A DNA stretch of 64,000 nt from a virus, in the IMG/VR virus record IMGVR_UViG_3300044732_000704, positions 29,435 through 93,434 of that record. One strand, given 5' to 3'. The number at the start of each line of letters is the position of its first letter. The stretch's first letter is position 1. The notes below the pieces were generated by a model. The model was not told the origin of the DNA. It saw only the letters and a program-made list of their open reading frames with translations, and did not search any database. Below are positions 27,024 to 37,024 of this stretch, one piece after another. The translations under genes were made by a program, and so were the position numbers.

Positions 27024-27829
27024 AAATCACCCCCGTAAGCATTCATATAGTAATCTACATAAATTTCTGTACCGGTATATAATTTAAAGAATAAATCAGG
27101 AGGTAACTGCTCTTGATATTTAATGACAGTTTCTTTTACGTGATTTATTTTAGCCACCTTGTAAACACTAGAAGCTTCCACATACGAGTCAAATTGCCCT
27201 AAATTTTTTGATTTTCTATTGCCTTTGCTTGTTATAGTCCCTTTGTGTATTTGCGCTATGAATTTTCTTCTTGACTTTGAGAAACAGACACCAGTTATGT
27301 GTTTAGATGTACCTGAAAACAAGACATTTACTGCTTTGGGTATATATCTTGCTGTTTCTGGGCTATAGTGTTTGTTCCCCAAATGTAGTAAATCCTTATC
27401 TACACAACCACCTTTACCATATAGTCTTTCTTGGTCATAATACCACTTAGCGAAATTCTGAAAATTGTGCCACTCTTCACAAATTGTTGCGTTTATGTAT
27501 AGATGTTTAGATTTAGTATCCGTATAACAATCTTTTATTCTATTGCGCCAAGCTGTATATGCCGATGTTGTCCTAGATTTACCAAGCCTCGTATAACTCG
27601 GAGAATAAGGTCCGACACCGCAGAATCCCACCCCGCACACTGTAGGGAAATACGGGTCTCTTATACTTCCCCTTTTAACATCAGAAAAATCAGTTCTTAT
27701 GCAAAACCCTGTTTTTAAGAATTTTACTACTACATCGTCATAATTATGGTATTCTGATATTACGAATTCACCACATCTTTTACTTTTGAAAATTTTACCT
27801 TCATATAAAGTTTTATTCTTTACTAGCAT
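27020..27829 (-). CDS. HNH homing endonuclease with AP2-like C-terminus
   Basis: ICEEWHNFQNFAKW, VDKDLL..NKHYSPET, NLGQFDS. Confidence 0.85.
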   Translation of the reverse strand: MLVKNKTLYEGKIFKSKRCGEFVISEYHNYDDVVVKFLKTGFCIRTDFSDVKRGSIRDPYFPTVCGVGFCGVGPYSPSYTRLGKSRTTSAYTAWRNRIKDCYTDTKSKHLYINATICEEWHNFQNFAKWYYDQERLYGKGGCVDKDLLHLGNKHYSPETARYIPKAVNVLFSGTSKHITGVCFSKSRRKFIAQIHKGTITSKGNRKSKNLGQFDSYVEASSVYKVAKINHVKETVIKYQEQLPPDLFFKLYTGTEIYVDYYMNAYGGDL

Positions 27830-27946
27830 GACTGACGAGTCTCCTTATCTTACAAATTACCGCAATATTTCTCATACATCCTCCACATAAAATAAAAGCC
27901 GCCTACACCAGTAGAGCGGCTATCATATCAAACTAATTGTCTATTG

Positions 27947-28693
27947 TCAATGTAATTTTGGAGGTTCTTCATCTTCGATTTCAATAATCTCAAATGTCTC
28001 GCCGTCCTCTCCGACTTCAACAATAATATCACCTTGAATATAAGCGATTAGTTGAAGCTTAGATAGTTTCTTCAGAATTGCTTCTGGTAATTCATCAGCT
28101 TCCATTGAGGCTAGGAAGTCTTGTTGAGCTTTATCTACAGCTTCTTTGTGTTGTTTCTGAAGTTTCTCAGCACGAGATTCAAGACGTTTGATAATTTCCG
28201 GATCATTCAGCCAAAAGTCTTTACCTTCCAACACAGAATCAATTTCTTCCTGTGTCAAGAAAAATTCAAACACATCGTTGTATAAACTCTTAGTTCTTGC
28301 CAACTCTGCCTGAATACGAGAAGGTGCATCACTGAGCTTCCCATAATTTCCTCCAATTGCTTGGTGGATCATTAACATTGTATGCTGACCAACTTCCTGA
28401 GAATGGCAAGCCATGAAGATAATACCAGCAGCACTACATGCTTCACCTGCAAGAACACCAATTACATGACCTTTACATTCACGAATTGTATTCACAATCT
28501 GAACACACGTACCGGCTTCACCACCGTAGTTATTAATAATAATACGGATTGTATCATTCTCTGTGGCCGTATCAAGAAGCTGTAAGAATTCATGGTACTC
28601 ATGCGAGTCTTGCACGATGTCAGACAGGTAATACGTGAACTCGAAAGCTAAAGGTTTAGCGTATACAACATCTTTATTTGGTTTATCACTCAT
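27947..28693 (-). CDS. ClpP-like serine protease
   Basis: INNYGG, GEACSAAG (catalytic Ser), MIHQ, DFWL. Confidence 0.85.
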   Translation of the reverse strand: MSDKPNKDVVYAKPLAFEFTYYLSDIVQDSHEYHEFLQLLDTATENDTIRIIINNYGGEAGTCVQIVNTIRECKGHVIGVLAGEACSAAGIIFMACHSQEVGQHTMLMIHQAIGGNYGKLSDAPSRIQAELARTKSLYNDVFEFFLTQEEIDSVLEGKDFWLNDPEIIKRLESRAEKLQKQHKEAVDKAQQDFLASMEADELPEAILKKLSKLQLIAYIQGDIIVEVGEDGETFEIIEIEDEEPPKLH

Positions 28694-29496
28694 TGTGTTT
28701 CTCCTTCTTCCCAGTGATTAGCATAATTACCTGTATCGTTCTCACGAGCCTGCACAATGCGTTTAACGAACTCTGAACGAACAATATCTTCGCTGTCACC
28801 TTCAATGAACTCTACAGTGTCCCACAGGTTGTGCCTTGCAACAAACTCGCGCAACCAAGTAAGACCGTCTTTACCTTTCACATCAGATTGTGTCTTATCT
28901 CCAAGGAGAATCAACTTACCGTCTTCAGTAATACGTGTAAGAATTGAATATAATTCTGTAGCACTACACCCTTGCACTTCATCAACTACAGCCCAGCCTG
29001 AAATATTGCGACCGCGCAGGTATTCAAAAGGCAGTAGTTCAATCGTTCCTGTGTTCAGACCTGATTCGTATACACCGATACCGTATCGGTCTTTAACAAC
29101 CTCAATCAGCGGCATTAGATATGGTTCATATTTCTGACGTAAATCCCCTTTAAGGAAACCTAATGTGTTCCCCATACCAACAGCAGGACGAGCAAGGAAT
29201 AACTTGTTTGTTTTACCTTGCATTAAAGCGTCAGATGCTGTAGCAACACTTAGTAAACTTTTACCGGTTCCTGCTGGGCTACTAATTACAATAACTTGTT
29301 TCGTAGCTAACGCACGAAGAACTTTCTTTTGGAATTCGTTCTTAGCTTGAACAGGTTTCACTTGTTTACGTTCTTCTAAGAACTTTTCCTTAATCTGACG
29401 CTGACCCTCGTTCACTCGGTCTGCACGAACATCATCTTTGGATTTGCGTGTACGACGAACACGTTGTTTAGCATTCGTGCTATGCTCTAAAGTCAT
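28690..29496 (-). CDS. phoH: PhoH-family ATPase
   Basis: PAGTGKS, ARPAV, GFLKGD, YLRGRN, VDEVQ, GDKTQSD, DIVRS. Confidence 0.93.
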   Translation of the reverse strand: MTLEHSTNAKQRVRRTRKSKDDVRADRVNEGQRQIKEKFLEERKQVKPVQAKNEFQKKVLRALATKQVIVISSPAGTGKSLLSVATASDALMQGKTNKLFLARPAVGMGNTLGFLKGDLRQKYEPYLMPLIEVVKDRYGIGVYESGLNTGTIELLPFEYLRGRNISGWAVVDEVQGCSATELYSILTRITEDGKLILLGDKTQSDVKGKDGLTWLREFVARHNLWDTVEFIEGDSEDIVRSEFVKRIVQARENDTGNYANHWEEGETQ

Positions 29497-29674
29497 TCAA
29501 CTACTCCTTATTTGAAATAAATATCTTCTTTCATTTCTGATACCAAATGTTTTGCGTAGGTAATAATTGATTCTCTGTCACTCCACAGAATCAACTTAAT
29601 AAGTAGCCCAGCAGGTACGTATACAAATAACACCAATAAAACACATAAAGTAAAACGTAGATGATTTAACCACA

Positions 29675-29905
29675 TCATAAAAACTCCTGTAACGTTTCTA
29701 ATTCAAAATCAGATAATAAAACCTTAGTAGGTTTTGTCTTAGCTCGCAGAACTGATTCATACTGCCTTGATAAATGAACATAAGCTAAATAATCTGGGTC
29801 AATTTGTGTTAACAAATTATCATCCACAGGATTACCTCCACGAAATTGCTCAAGCCATTGTTCTACAGCAAGAATGAATGAATCTGTTTGATATTCATAG
29901 AGCAT
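29675..29905 (-). CDS. Hypothetical protein
   Basis: MLYEYQTD start after GGAG RBS; shorter than the ORF-track call. Confidence 0.5.
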   Translation of the reverse strand: MLYEYQTDSFILAVEQWLEQFRGGNPVDDNLLTQIDPDYLAYVHLSRQYESVLRAKTKPTKVLLSDFELETLQEFL

Positions 29906-30098
29906 TATGCTTTCTCCCCAAAGTAAACCCCAGCCAGATAAGCAGCCCCTAGCACCATACCTGCTGCAAAATACCAACCAAGTTTTAATGCCATTAATTG
30001 CACAATACCTAGCGGAATCATAATACATAAATTTTTAATCATAATTTCTCTCCTCAATAATTAATCATTATTCAATACTACCACTAAATTCCTATTTG

Positions 30099-30314
30099 TC
30101 AATAGACTGCGCCGAAATTATCCAGATATGCTTCCAGATCATCAATAATCTCTTGTCTACAACGTTCTCCATTCCAGCGTATTGGTGTTCTGTATTTAAG
30201 ATTATTCTTATAATACACATATCCAACATAAGCTGTTTCTTCGTAATTACCTGCAACTTCTACAACAAGGTCAAATCCGTTGTGATTGTCGTAGGAATAA
30301 ATGTTGTCTTGCAT
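30099..30314 (-). CDS. Hypothetical protein
   Basis: 71 aa ORF with AAGGAG RBS. Confidence 0.55.
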   Translation of the reverse strand: MQDNIYSYDNHNGFDLVVEVAGNYEETAYVGYVYYKNNLKYRTPIRWNGERCRQEIIDDLEAYLDNFGAVY

Positions 30315-30897
30315 GTTGTTCTCCTTTAGTTAACCAGTGTAATCGGGGTTGACCACAGTATTTATTATCAAACCGATACCAAGCATAGCACACACTATTT
30401 GCGGTTTCTTCACGATATACACCTTTAGGACAACTCACTCTGTAAGTAAATACATAAACATCCGATAATTTACCTAAATTAAATAAGTTATCAAATCGCT
30501 TCTGTCCTTCTAAAAACGATAGTCTTAAAAAGTGCCATTGAACGGCTGCATGTTCAAAGCCTTTCAGGATAAACTCCGCAGCTTTGTTATAAGGCGGATT
30601 TGTTACAATAAGATCGTGTTTGCCTATACCGTTATCTTCGGATAAGAAATCTACAGTGTTGTCGTAATAAACCCCTTTAACTGGATGTAATTCGTTCACA
30701 TATATTTTCGCATCAATCACTTGACTCTCTAAATAATCAGCAATATCTAACATACCAGCGCAAGGTTCTAATACTGATTTACTTCGTAAAACATCTTTCA
30801 GCATGTGTGACCAAATAGCATCCAAAGCTTCTTCAGGTGTAACATATAAATCATTAGATGATTGTTTCTCATCTCGTTTTGTATTTGGTGTTGCCAT
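30271..30897 (-). CDS. DNA adenine methyltransferase (small phage type)
   Basis: DLYVTP, LEPCAG, VTNPPY, LRLSFLEGQKR. Confidence 0.85.
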   Translation of the reverse strand: MATPNTKRDEKQSSNDLYVTPEEALDAIWSHMLKDVLRSKSVLEPCAGMLDIADYLESQVIDAKIYVNELHPVKGVYYDNTVDFLSEDNGIGKHDLIVTNPPYNKAAEFILKGFEHAAVQWHFLRLSFLEGQKRFDNLFNLGKLSDVYVFTYRVSCPKGVYREETANSVCYAWYRFDNKYCGQPRLHWLTKGEQHARQHLFLRQSQRI

Positions 30898-31244
30898 TAT
30901 TCCAATTCCTCCAATAGTTCTGTCAACAATTGCATCTGACGTTTAATTCTCGCTACAGGACATTTAGGGTTAGGCATAGTAGAGAACCCTCTAAATGTTA
31001 CTTCCTCGCACCACCAATCAGCAATATCAAATAATTCAATGACTTCGTTCTCAGTCAGTCGCATTACATTGCCGAAATCAGTTAACACATGGAACAAGTG
31101 AAATGTTTCTACACCACCGTAATTCTCATCTTCTTCTTTAATAATAAAAGCATTCCCACAACGCTGACCATCTTTAGTTGCTAAAGCCATACCTACTTCT
31201 GGGGTAAATTTACGATTAATTGGTTTCATTCTCATCCCCCTCAA
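30897..31244 (-). CDS. Hypothetical protein
   Basis: TKDGQRCGNA and TDFGN motifs. Confidence 0.6.
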   Translation of the reverse strand: MRGMRMKPINRKFTPEVGMALATKDGQRCGNAFIIKEEDENYGGVETFHLFHVLTDFGNVMRLTENEVIELFDIADWWCEEVTFRGFSTMPNPKCPVARIKRQMQLLTELLEELE

Positions 31245-31546
31245 AAACTTGGTTTCTTAAATTTAATAGTCAAGCGTTCATACTCGGCTTTCTCTTTTTC
31301 TTCTAGCATTTTAACATAATACGCTTCTCTCCCCAGTCTCCCTTGATATTCTTCATCAGTTTCTTCTCTGTTGTGATAAACTACAAATTCTTTATACTCA
31401 TCACCCCAAGAATACCGTGTTTCAACCTCGTAGTCCAATGTGTTACCGTACTGTGTAACTAACTCTTGCAGTTCAAGAATTAAATCCGGAACATTGCCCT
31501 CTGTTTGAAGTGTTGTCAGCTCTACTCGAACCATCTGTTTACTCAT
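31241..31546 (-). CDS. Hypothetical protein
   Basis: MSKQMVRV start after GAGGT; REETDEEY motif. Confidence 0.6.
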   Translation of the reverse strand: MSKQMVRVELTTLQTEGNVPDLILELQELVTQYGNTLDYEVETRYSWGDEYKEFVVYHNREETDEEYQGRLGREAYYVKMLEEKEKAEYERLTIKFKKPSF

Positions 31547-31559
31547 TACCTCAATCCTC

Positions 31560-31676
31560 CTGTTAAAATCAATTATAACCGCCCTATAAACGCCTACAAT
31601 CAATTATATTCATAAAGTCATACATACGTAGCCATAAATAAAATAATCGCTTATAATCGTTCCTAGAGCGTTTAAA
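31560..31676. repeat. Dispersed intergenic repeat (copy D)
   Basis: Matches 3443-3523 in three conserved words with spacings of 47-48 and 21 nt. Confidence 0.7.
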
Positions 31677-31687
31677 TGTGGATTACG

Positions 31688-32329
31688 TCAGTATCCACTA
31701 CTACAACTAACTTTACGCGGTTTAATCTTACGATAAACACTGCTGATAACTTCGATTGGTGATTCGATGAAGTCATTAAACCCAACCGTAGGTTTACCAA
31801 CACACTTAAAGTCTGGAAACTTACGTTGCATTCTGTCAAATCGTTCAATCATGCGGTATTTGTCGTACTTATGATAACAGCGGATCTCTTTAGCTGCAAC
31901 ATCTTTCTTAAAATTCTCAGATACGTAGAATTTACCAGAGAAAATGTGATACATGATTTGACAAATACCAATATCCATGTCTTCAGTGAGTTCTTCTGCT
32001 GTCAACGTTGTCCCATACACGATAAACTGAAGCTCAGGCACCGCTAACGATGGAGTTTTAAAACCAATCAGTTGTTCAACACCTCGTTGATACAGAGATT
32101 GTGTCTCGTTTGTTTCCATTCGATAACTATACTGTAAGTTACGATGTGTGTCATATAACAAGTATTGAGGTGCATTCTCAACTGGGACAAAGAATAAATC
32201 AATGTCCTTTGGTTTTACACCAAGATACACATCGCGGCAAAGACCGCCCCCAAGATACACTTCGTAACCAATCGTATTCTCAGCAATACTCTCAATTGTC
32301 GCTAAGATGTCTTCATCAATTTTGATCAT
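31688..32329 (-). CDS. Nucleotidyltransferase (CCA-adding/poly(A) polymerase head-like)
   Basis: LGGGLCRD...PKDIDLF, DMDIGICQ. Confidence 0.8.
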   Translation of the reverse strand: MIKIDEDILATIESIAENTIGYEVYLGGGLCRDVYLGVKPKDIDLFFVPVENAPQYLLYDTHRNLQYSYRMETNETQSLYQRGVEQLIGFKTPSLAVPELQFIVYGTTLTAEELTEDMDIGICQIMYHIFSGKFYVSENFKKDVAAKEIRCYHKYDKYRMIERFDRMQRKFPDFKCVGKPTVGFNDFIESPIEVISSVYRKIKPRKVSCSSGY

Positions 32330-32916
32330 TTTAATAACTCCTGTAGTTCTAACTCTGTTGCTGCTCGACGTTTTTCTTCATTTTCTTCACATAAGGTTCT
32401 CAGACGATAGTGGAAATACTGACTAATCCAGAAATGTTCGTCTTGCGTTAAGAAATTCAAACTTTCTGGGAACCGAATAGGGCAATTCACGTACACTAAG
32501 TCATTACTGAAACGCAGGAGCGAGGATTCTGTACTAAACACCAAATCTAACAACCGTTTCTCTTTGTACTTTACCGTAACTGTTCCAGTTTCCAGATCTC
32601 TTGTTGGAAAGTAAATACCGCCATCGTCAAAAGCTTGCTTGATTACTTTCAGCAGTGTAGCTACTGGGACATTAAGTTGTCTATCAAGTAATTCATTATT
32701 GTTACCATATAGACTGAAAGTATCCACACCTAGTTTAATGCGTAAATAAAATTCCTCACCTTTGAGACTACTACCCAAATATTGAGATTTAGTTAGTACA
32801 TTCTCAGGTAAGTCTGGCAGTGTAGCTTTAACACTTACATCTTCCTGATACTTAATTTGACTCTCACCTTCAGCAAGAAATTGATTTTTCCACCACGAAA
32901 TAATTGATTTAAACAT
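32326..32916 (-). CDS. Hypothetical protein
   Basis: MFKSIISWW start after GAGGAG. Confidence 0.65.
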   Translation of the reverse strand: MFKSIISWWKNQFLAEGESQIKYQEDVSVKATLPDLPENVLTKSQYLGSSLKGEEFYLRIKLGVDTFSLYGNNNELLDRQLNVPVATLLKVIKQAFDDGGIYFPTRDLETGTVTVKYKEKRLLDLVFSTESSLLRFSNDLVYVNCPIRFPESLNFLTQDEHFWISQYFHYRLRTLCEENEEKRRAATELELQELLK

Positions 32917-33178
32917 TAATTTTCTCCTCATATGTGTTAATGTCTGCACAGATTACAGTGTTGTTGATTGGTTGTCAATAGGTATTTGTGGAATTTGTCA
33001 AATGAGAAATAGGTTGACAACATTATTTATTCGGTGTAATGTGTATAGCTGTTGAGGTAAACGCAATTTTAGAGATTTGCGTTTGGTCTTGTGGAATCGG
33101 TTGTTCATCGCATCTGAGTGGACATGATATACAGGTGTGGTAAGATATTAGAGTAAAGGTTAACAAAGGAGATTGACA

Positions 33179-33337
33179 ATGAAAGATGAAGAAATGATTA
33201 AACAGATTGCTGAGCATTACGAGCTTCCTGTTGAGCAGGTTGCTTTGATTTGGAGTGTTATCGACTGGTCGGAGTGGGCGGATAGTGAGCATATAGCACT
33301 TCTTGTTGATGAGTTTATTCAGGAAAAGATGAGGTAA
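33179..33337 (+). CDS. Small acidic protein (52 aa, not in ORF track)
   Basis: AAGGAG RBS; MKDEEMIKQIAEHYELP... Confidence 0.55.
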   Translation: MKDEEMIKQIAEHYELPVEQVALIWSVIDWSEWADSEHIALLVDEFIQEKMR

Positions 33338-33340
33338 TGA

Positions 33341-33500
33341 GGACTTTTTGTCCTTTCTGGAATAGACTTTTTGTCTTCATAGAAAAGACATTCTGTCACC
33401 ACAGGTAGGACAATTTGTCCACAGAGATAAGACATTTTGCACCTTCCATTAGTAAGATAGAAGTAAGATAAAAAGAAACAAAGAAAAGAAAGATAGAATA
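33341..33500. repeat. Five phased GAC-N5-GTC iterons plus purine/AT-rich tract; putative replication origin
   Basis: GAC starts at 33342, 33365, 33387, 33409 and 33431 (23/22/22/22 bp); fifth copy degenerate. Confidence 0.7.
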
Positions 33501-33534
33501 ATTAATTTAATCAAGTAGAGAGTAGGAGATTATT

Positions 33535-33654
33535 ATGGAATTATTACTACCTAAACACGTTCTTGTGTGGATAGATAGTCGTAGGGGTGAGCTTAGCCGT
33601 CAGGCTTTTATTGTTAACTGTTTGGTTAAGCTTAGAGAAATAGAAAAGATGTAG
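33535..33654 (+). CDS. Small ribbon-helix-helix (CopG/Arc-like) protein (39 aa, not in ORF track)
   Basis: MELLLPKHVLVWIDSRRGELSRQAFIVNCL; AGGAG RBS. Confidence 0.5.
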   Translation: MELLLPKHVLVWIDSRRGELSRQAFIVNCLVKLREIEKM

Positions 33655-33681
33655 AGATACATTAGAACTTTAGGAATAGAA

Positions 33682-34152
33682 ATGAAAAAGAAAGAAGATA
33701 AAGAACCAAGCTTCGTACAACTTCACCACAACATACTGAAACAGAGGCACACTCTGTCTCGTTGTGTATTCATTGATGGAGATCCAGAAGAAGTAGAGAT
33801 CACAATTCTTGATAAGGTTTTGTTTGTGTACATGAGATCTAGGTATGTATATTTCATCACAAAGAACGGTTACTATGAAACTTATCAGCAGATAGCTGAT
33901 GCTGTTGGTGTAGATAAAAAGACTGTAACTCGTTTCGTGCAGAAATGGAAAACACATGGATACATTGACTACTTCAACGGTGGTGGCAACAGGCTGAACT
34001 ACACAAAGTTTGATTCTATATTTGATGTGGTTAATACCGGTAAGGAATCAGTACCAAGTCATTTGTTGGATGTTCCTGTGGACATGAGTGGTTACATACC
34101 TGAATTCAGCGAACCTGATTATGAGTATGAAAGAAGTATTGGTTTAATTTGA
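33682..34152 (+). CDS. Winged-HTH protein, putative replication initiator
   Basis: ETYQQIADAVGVDKKTVTRFVQKWKTHGYI; next to iterons. Confidence 0.65.
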   Translation: MKKKEDKEPSFVQLHHNILKQRHTLSRCVFIDGDPEEVEITILDKVLFVYMRSRYVYFITKNGYYETYQQIADAVGVDKKTVTRFVQKWKTHGYIDYFNGGGNRLNYTKFDSIFDVVNTGKESVPSHLLDVPVDMSGYIPEFSEPDYEYERSIGLI

Positions 34153-34166
34153 GATAGGAAAATAGA

Positions 34167-34736
34167 ATGACTAAATATTATGTTTATTGTCTTAAAAATA
34201 AAGGCGAGTTAGTGTACATTGGTTCTACCACTAAAATTATAGATAGGTTGAAAACTCACAAACGGGACAAGGAATTTGATGAGGTAGTTTACTGTGAGTT
34301 ACCAGACAAAGAAACCATGCTGGAAGTTGAAGCTTTTGGTATTTCTAAAAAGAACCCTTTACTGAACAAAGACAAACCGAACTTTTCCATAAAAGAGCTA
34401 CCAGAGTTTATCAAATGGAAATGCGCTGATCTGAATTTTCTCAGGCATGATGATGTTGACTGGGATTATGGTTTTGAAGTGGATGCCAGTTGGGGGTATT
34501 ACAGTAATGCTATGGATGAGCTTGGGATACCGATTGAATTGGCTACGACAGGGCTTTGTCTGAAACAAATAGATCGGCAAATAGTGGCTGTTTTTGATGG
34601 GTCAGGTAAGCAGCTCATTGATTTTATCGAAGGACAAGGGTATGCTGATGTGGATTCTTACGTTAAAGAGTATTTTCAGACTCATGGTAAAATTTCAATA
34701 GAAAGTTACGAAAAATCCATGAATCAGTTTAATTAA
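34167..34736 (+). CDS. GIY-YIG nuclease-domain protein
   Basis: YYVYCL..LVYIGST...RLKTH...E...I...NPLLN. Confidence 0.8.
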   Translation: MTKYYVYCLKNKGELVYIGSTTKIIDRLKTHKRDKEFDEVVYCELPDKETMLEVEAFGISKKNPLLNKDKPNFSIKELPEFIKWKCADLNFLRHDDVDWDYGFEVDASWGYYSNAMDELGIPIELATTGLCLKQIDRQIVAVFDGSGKQLIDFIEGQGYADVDSYVKEYFQTHGKISIESYEKSMNQFN

Positions 34737-34794
34737 CAAAATAATTCTTGACAACAACACAAACATAGCTTAGTATTAGCTCATAGGACACACG

Positions 34795-34868
34795 GATAGC
34801 CATTTTAGATGTTATGGAATACATTTAGACACAATGATGTCTAAAATGGCTTAGAATTGATTGTAGGA
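34795..34868. repeat. Dispersed intergenic repeat (copy E) with AGCCATTTTAGA/TCTAAAATGGCT inverted repeat
   Basis: 19/20 identity to 8269-8288 and the same AATACATT offset. Confidence 0.6.
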
Positions 34869-34875
34869 GGTTTAA

Positions 34876-35166
34876 ATGTATAAGAGTAAGACGTTAGCTA
34901 TGCCGTTTGGCCATGACAATTGGGATATTACCTCTTTTGAAGTTAATATCCCAATCAATGTATGTAAACTAATTTCTGGGCATTATGTTGGTCCGTATCA
35001 GGTTATTCCTGTTACTGAAATAATTCATAGAAACAACACCAGAGCTTTCTTGGTTATGGTAGAAACACACATAGATGATTACTTTGACTGCATCACTGAG
35101 TCCGATCTAGTATCGGATGACTTAGGTAAGTTAAAAACTTTAATGAAAAAGTACTTGAAGTTATAG
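34876..35166 (+). CDS. Hypothetical protein
   Basis: 96 aa ORF with AGGAGG RBS. Confidence 0.6.
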   Translation: MYKSKTLAMPFGHDNWDITSFEVNIPINVCKLISGHYVGPYQVIPVTEIIHRNNTRAFLVMVETHIDDYFDCITESDLVSDDLGKLKTLMKKYLKL

Positions 35167-35175
35167 GAGAGAATA

Positions 35176-35448
35176 ATGAACACAAAACAATTAGCTTTAT
35201 ATGAATTAAATAAGAAGTCTACTGGTGTAGCATACATATTAGGTTTTCTATTTGGCGTGGTAGGCTTACACTGCTGGTATGTAGGAGAAGAAACACACTT
35301 TGTATTTCGAGCATTAGTGTTTGTATTAGGTTTGTTCATTCCACCTTTGGTGGTGATTAGTGCCATTATCTACTTCGTAGATTTCTTCCTGACATATGGC
35401 TGGGTGAAGGAATACAACAAGAAGATGTTAGAAGTTTATTCAGAATAA
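35176..35448 (+). CDS. TM2-domain membrane protein
   Basis: KKSTGVAYILGFLFGVVGLHCWYVG. Confidence 0.8.
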   Translation: MNTKQLALYELNKKSTGVAYILGFLFGVVGLHCWYVGEETHFVFRALVFVLGLFIPPLVVISAIIYFVDFFLTYGWVKEYNKKMLEVYSE

Positions 35449-35522
35449 CTCTTGACAATAAGAATTAAATCAGTAGAATATACACCACAGCAATAACGCT
35501 GTTAACTTAAAGGAGAAAGTAA

Positions 35523-35780
35523 ATGAGTAAGAAAACACAAACAATCCAACAGATTCTGGATTTCCAAGATGTAACTCCAAAGCTGAAAGCTGATGCTTTG
35601 ATGGACTTAGCTAAAGCAGCCATTGCTGAAGCGGAAGTTTTAGCAGAAACACATCGTTTCGATTTACGTTTCAGTTTAACATACGGTATGGGTGGTACAT
35701 TCACAGAAGACTGGGATGCTTCTAGTGATGAGGAAAGTGAAACACCTTACGCTTGGATGGCTTCCAGCCAACATTGTTAA
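35523..35780 (+). CDS. Hypothetical acidic protein
   Basis: YGMGG and WMASS motifs; RBS and promoter upstream. Confidence 0.7.
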   Translation: MSKKTQTIQQILDFQDVTPKLKADALMDLAKAAIAEAEVLAETHRFDLRFSLTYGMGGTFTEDWDASSDEESETPYAWMASSQHC

Positions 35781-35799
35781 TCTGAAATAGAAGGAGAGG

Positions 35800-36705
35800 T
35801 TGATGTTACAAGAAATCACTGTAGGAAGTCGTTTATTGGATGGTGCATCAGGTGTACGTCAACCTTCCTTTAAGTCAGATTACGATATTATTTGTACAGA
35901 AGAAAGATTTGCAGAAATATTAAAAGAACATCAATGGTCCACAGCACAGGTGATTGACGGTGGTCATCCTGTAAGAAAGTCGTTTGTATTAAAACATCCG
36001 TCAGGTGATATACTTGAAGTTGAGTTAGCTGTGAAAGGTAGTGTTGCTGAGAGCTTGTTGAAGATATTAACACAACATCAAGTAAGTAAGATTGACTTAG
36101 CTTACACATTGAAGATGTCACATAGGTTTTTACGCAACAGCCCGCATTTTGAGAAGACTTGGAAAGACATTCAAGACTTACGTAGGGTAGGAGCTAAAAT
36201 CCCACCAGAGCTTTCTGAGTGGTTTATAGAGCGTGAGAAAGAAACGTATTACTACAATCATCCGAGCTTGGATAAAAGCAAGGAAGAATTCTTCGACACA
36301 AAAGGTGTTGAATATATTTACGACCATGATAGTATCCATGAAGCTGTGGCAATTGAGAATGAGCCAGCTTATAAGAGCTTTCTGGTTGGAGAAGTTAAAA
36401 CCTGTAAGAAGTTGTTTGAACAACAATCATTGGATACAAAGCTCAATGCAGTTCTGGAAGAAGCTATGGTTTTGGCTATTGAACGCAGCTTAATTCATAT
36501 TGATGATCCAGAAGTGAAAGAACATGAAGTGTGGCGTTATAGCTTGATGAAAGTGTGTACGAGCATTACTTCTGGTTGGTTTAGAGAATTTGCTTGGGAG
36601 CATTACGGGTTGTGTTGTAAGCTGTATTACTCTCGTGTGCAAGGTTTCTGGAATAAGTTTCAAACAGCGTTAAATGATGGTAAGATTTTACCTCATGTAA
36701 AATAA
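35800..36705 (+). CDS. Putative nucleotidyltransferase-fold phage protein
   Basis: VGSR...SDYDII; LKMSH, YDHDSIH, TSGWFR motifs. Confidence 0.65.
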   Translation: MMLQEITVGSRLLDGASGVRQPSFKSDYDIICTEERFAEILKEHQWSTAQVIDGGHPVRKSFVLKHPSGDILEVELAVKGSVAESLLKILTQHQVSKIDLAYTLKMSHRFLRNSPHFEKTWKDIQDLRRVGAKIPPELSEWFIEREKETYYYNHPSLDKSKEEFFDTKGVEYIYDHDSIHEAVAIENEPAYKSFLVGEVKTCKKLFEQQSLDTKLNAVLEEAMVLAIERSLIHIDDPEVKEHEVWRYSLMKVCTSITSGWFREFAWEHYGLCCKLYYSRVQGFWNKFQTALNDGKILPHVK

Positions 36706-36774
36706 TTTCAAATTAGCTATTGACAAATAAGAATCATGTGTTATTCTTTTTTATATCACAAATAAGGAATACAC

Positions 36775-37005
36775 ATGAATTTGAAAAAGCTAAGCAAGAC
36801 ACAGATTCGTAAACTTGCTAATAAAATTAGAATGTTGTTGACGCATCCGTCATATCAACGCTACAATGAACACAATTGGGGGATTGAACATAACGAAATG
36901 ATTGCTCGTGTTTGTTCTCTCAATTATGAACAATTACGTGAAGTGCTTAACTTGCATTATCGTAATCAGTGTGGTAGTTATTTTAAAGTAAAATTTGGAA
37001 TGTGA
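36775..37005 (+). CDS. Hypothetical basic protein
   Basis: 76 aa ORF after TTGACA-N17-TATTCT. Confidence 0.55.
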   Translation: MNLKKLSKTQIRKLANKIRMLLTHPSYQRYNEHNWGIEHNEMIARVCSLNYEQLREVLNLHYRNQCGSYFKVKFGM

Positions 37006-37024
37006 AATTCGATTAATTAACAAT

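Noticed and set aside
33341-33443. Regularly spaced repeats as a mini CRISPR array
   Set aside because: 11-bp degenerate repeats with 11-12 bp spacers are far too short, and no cas genes are present; iterons fit better
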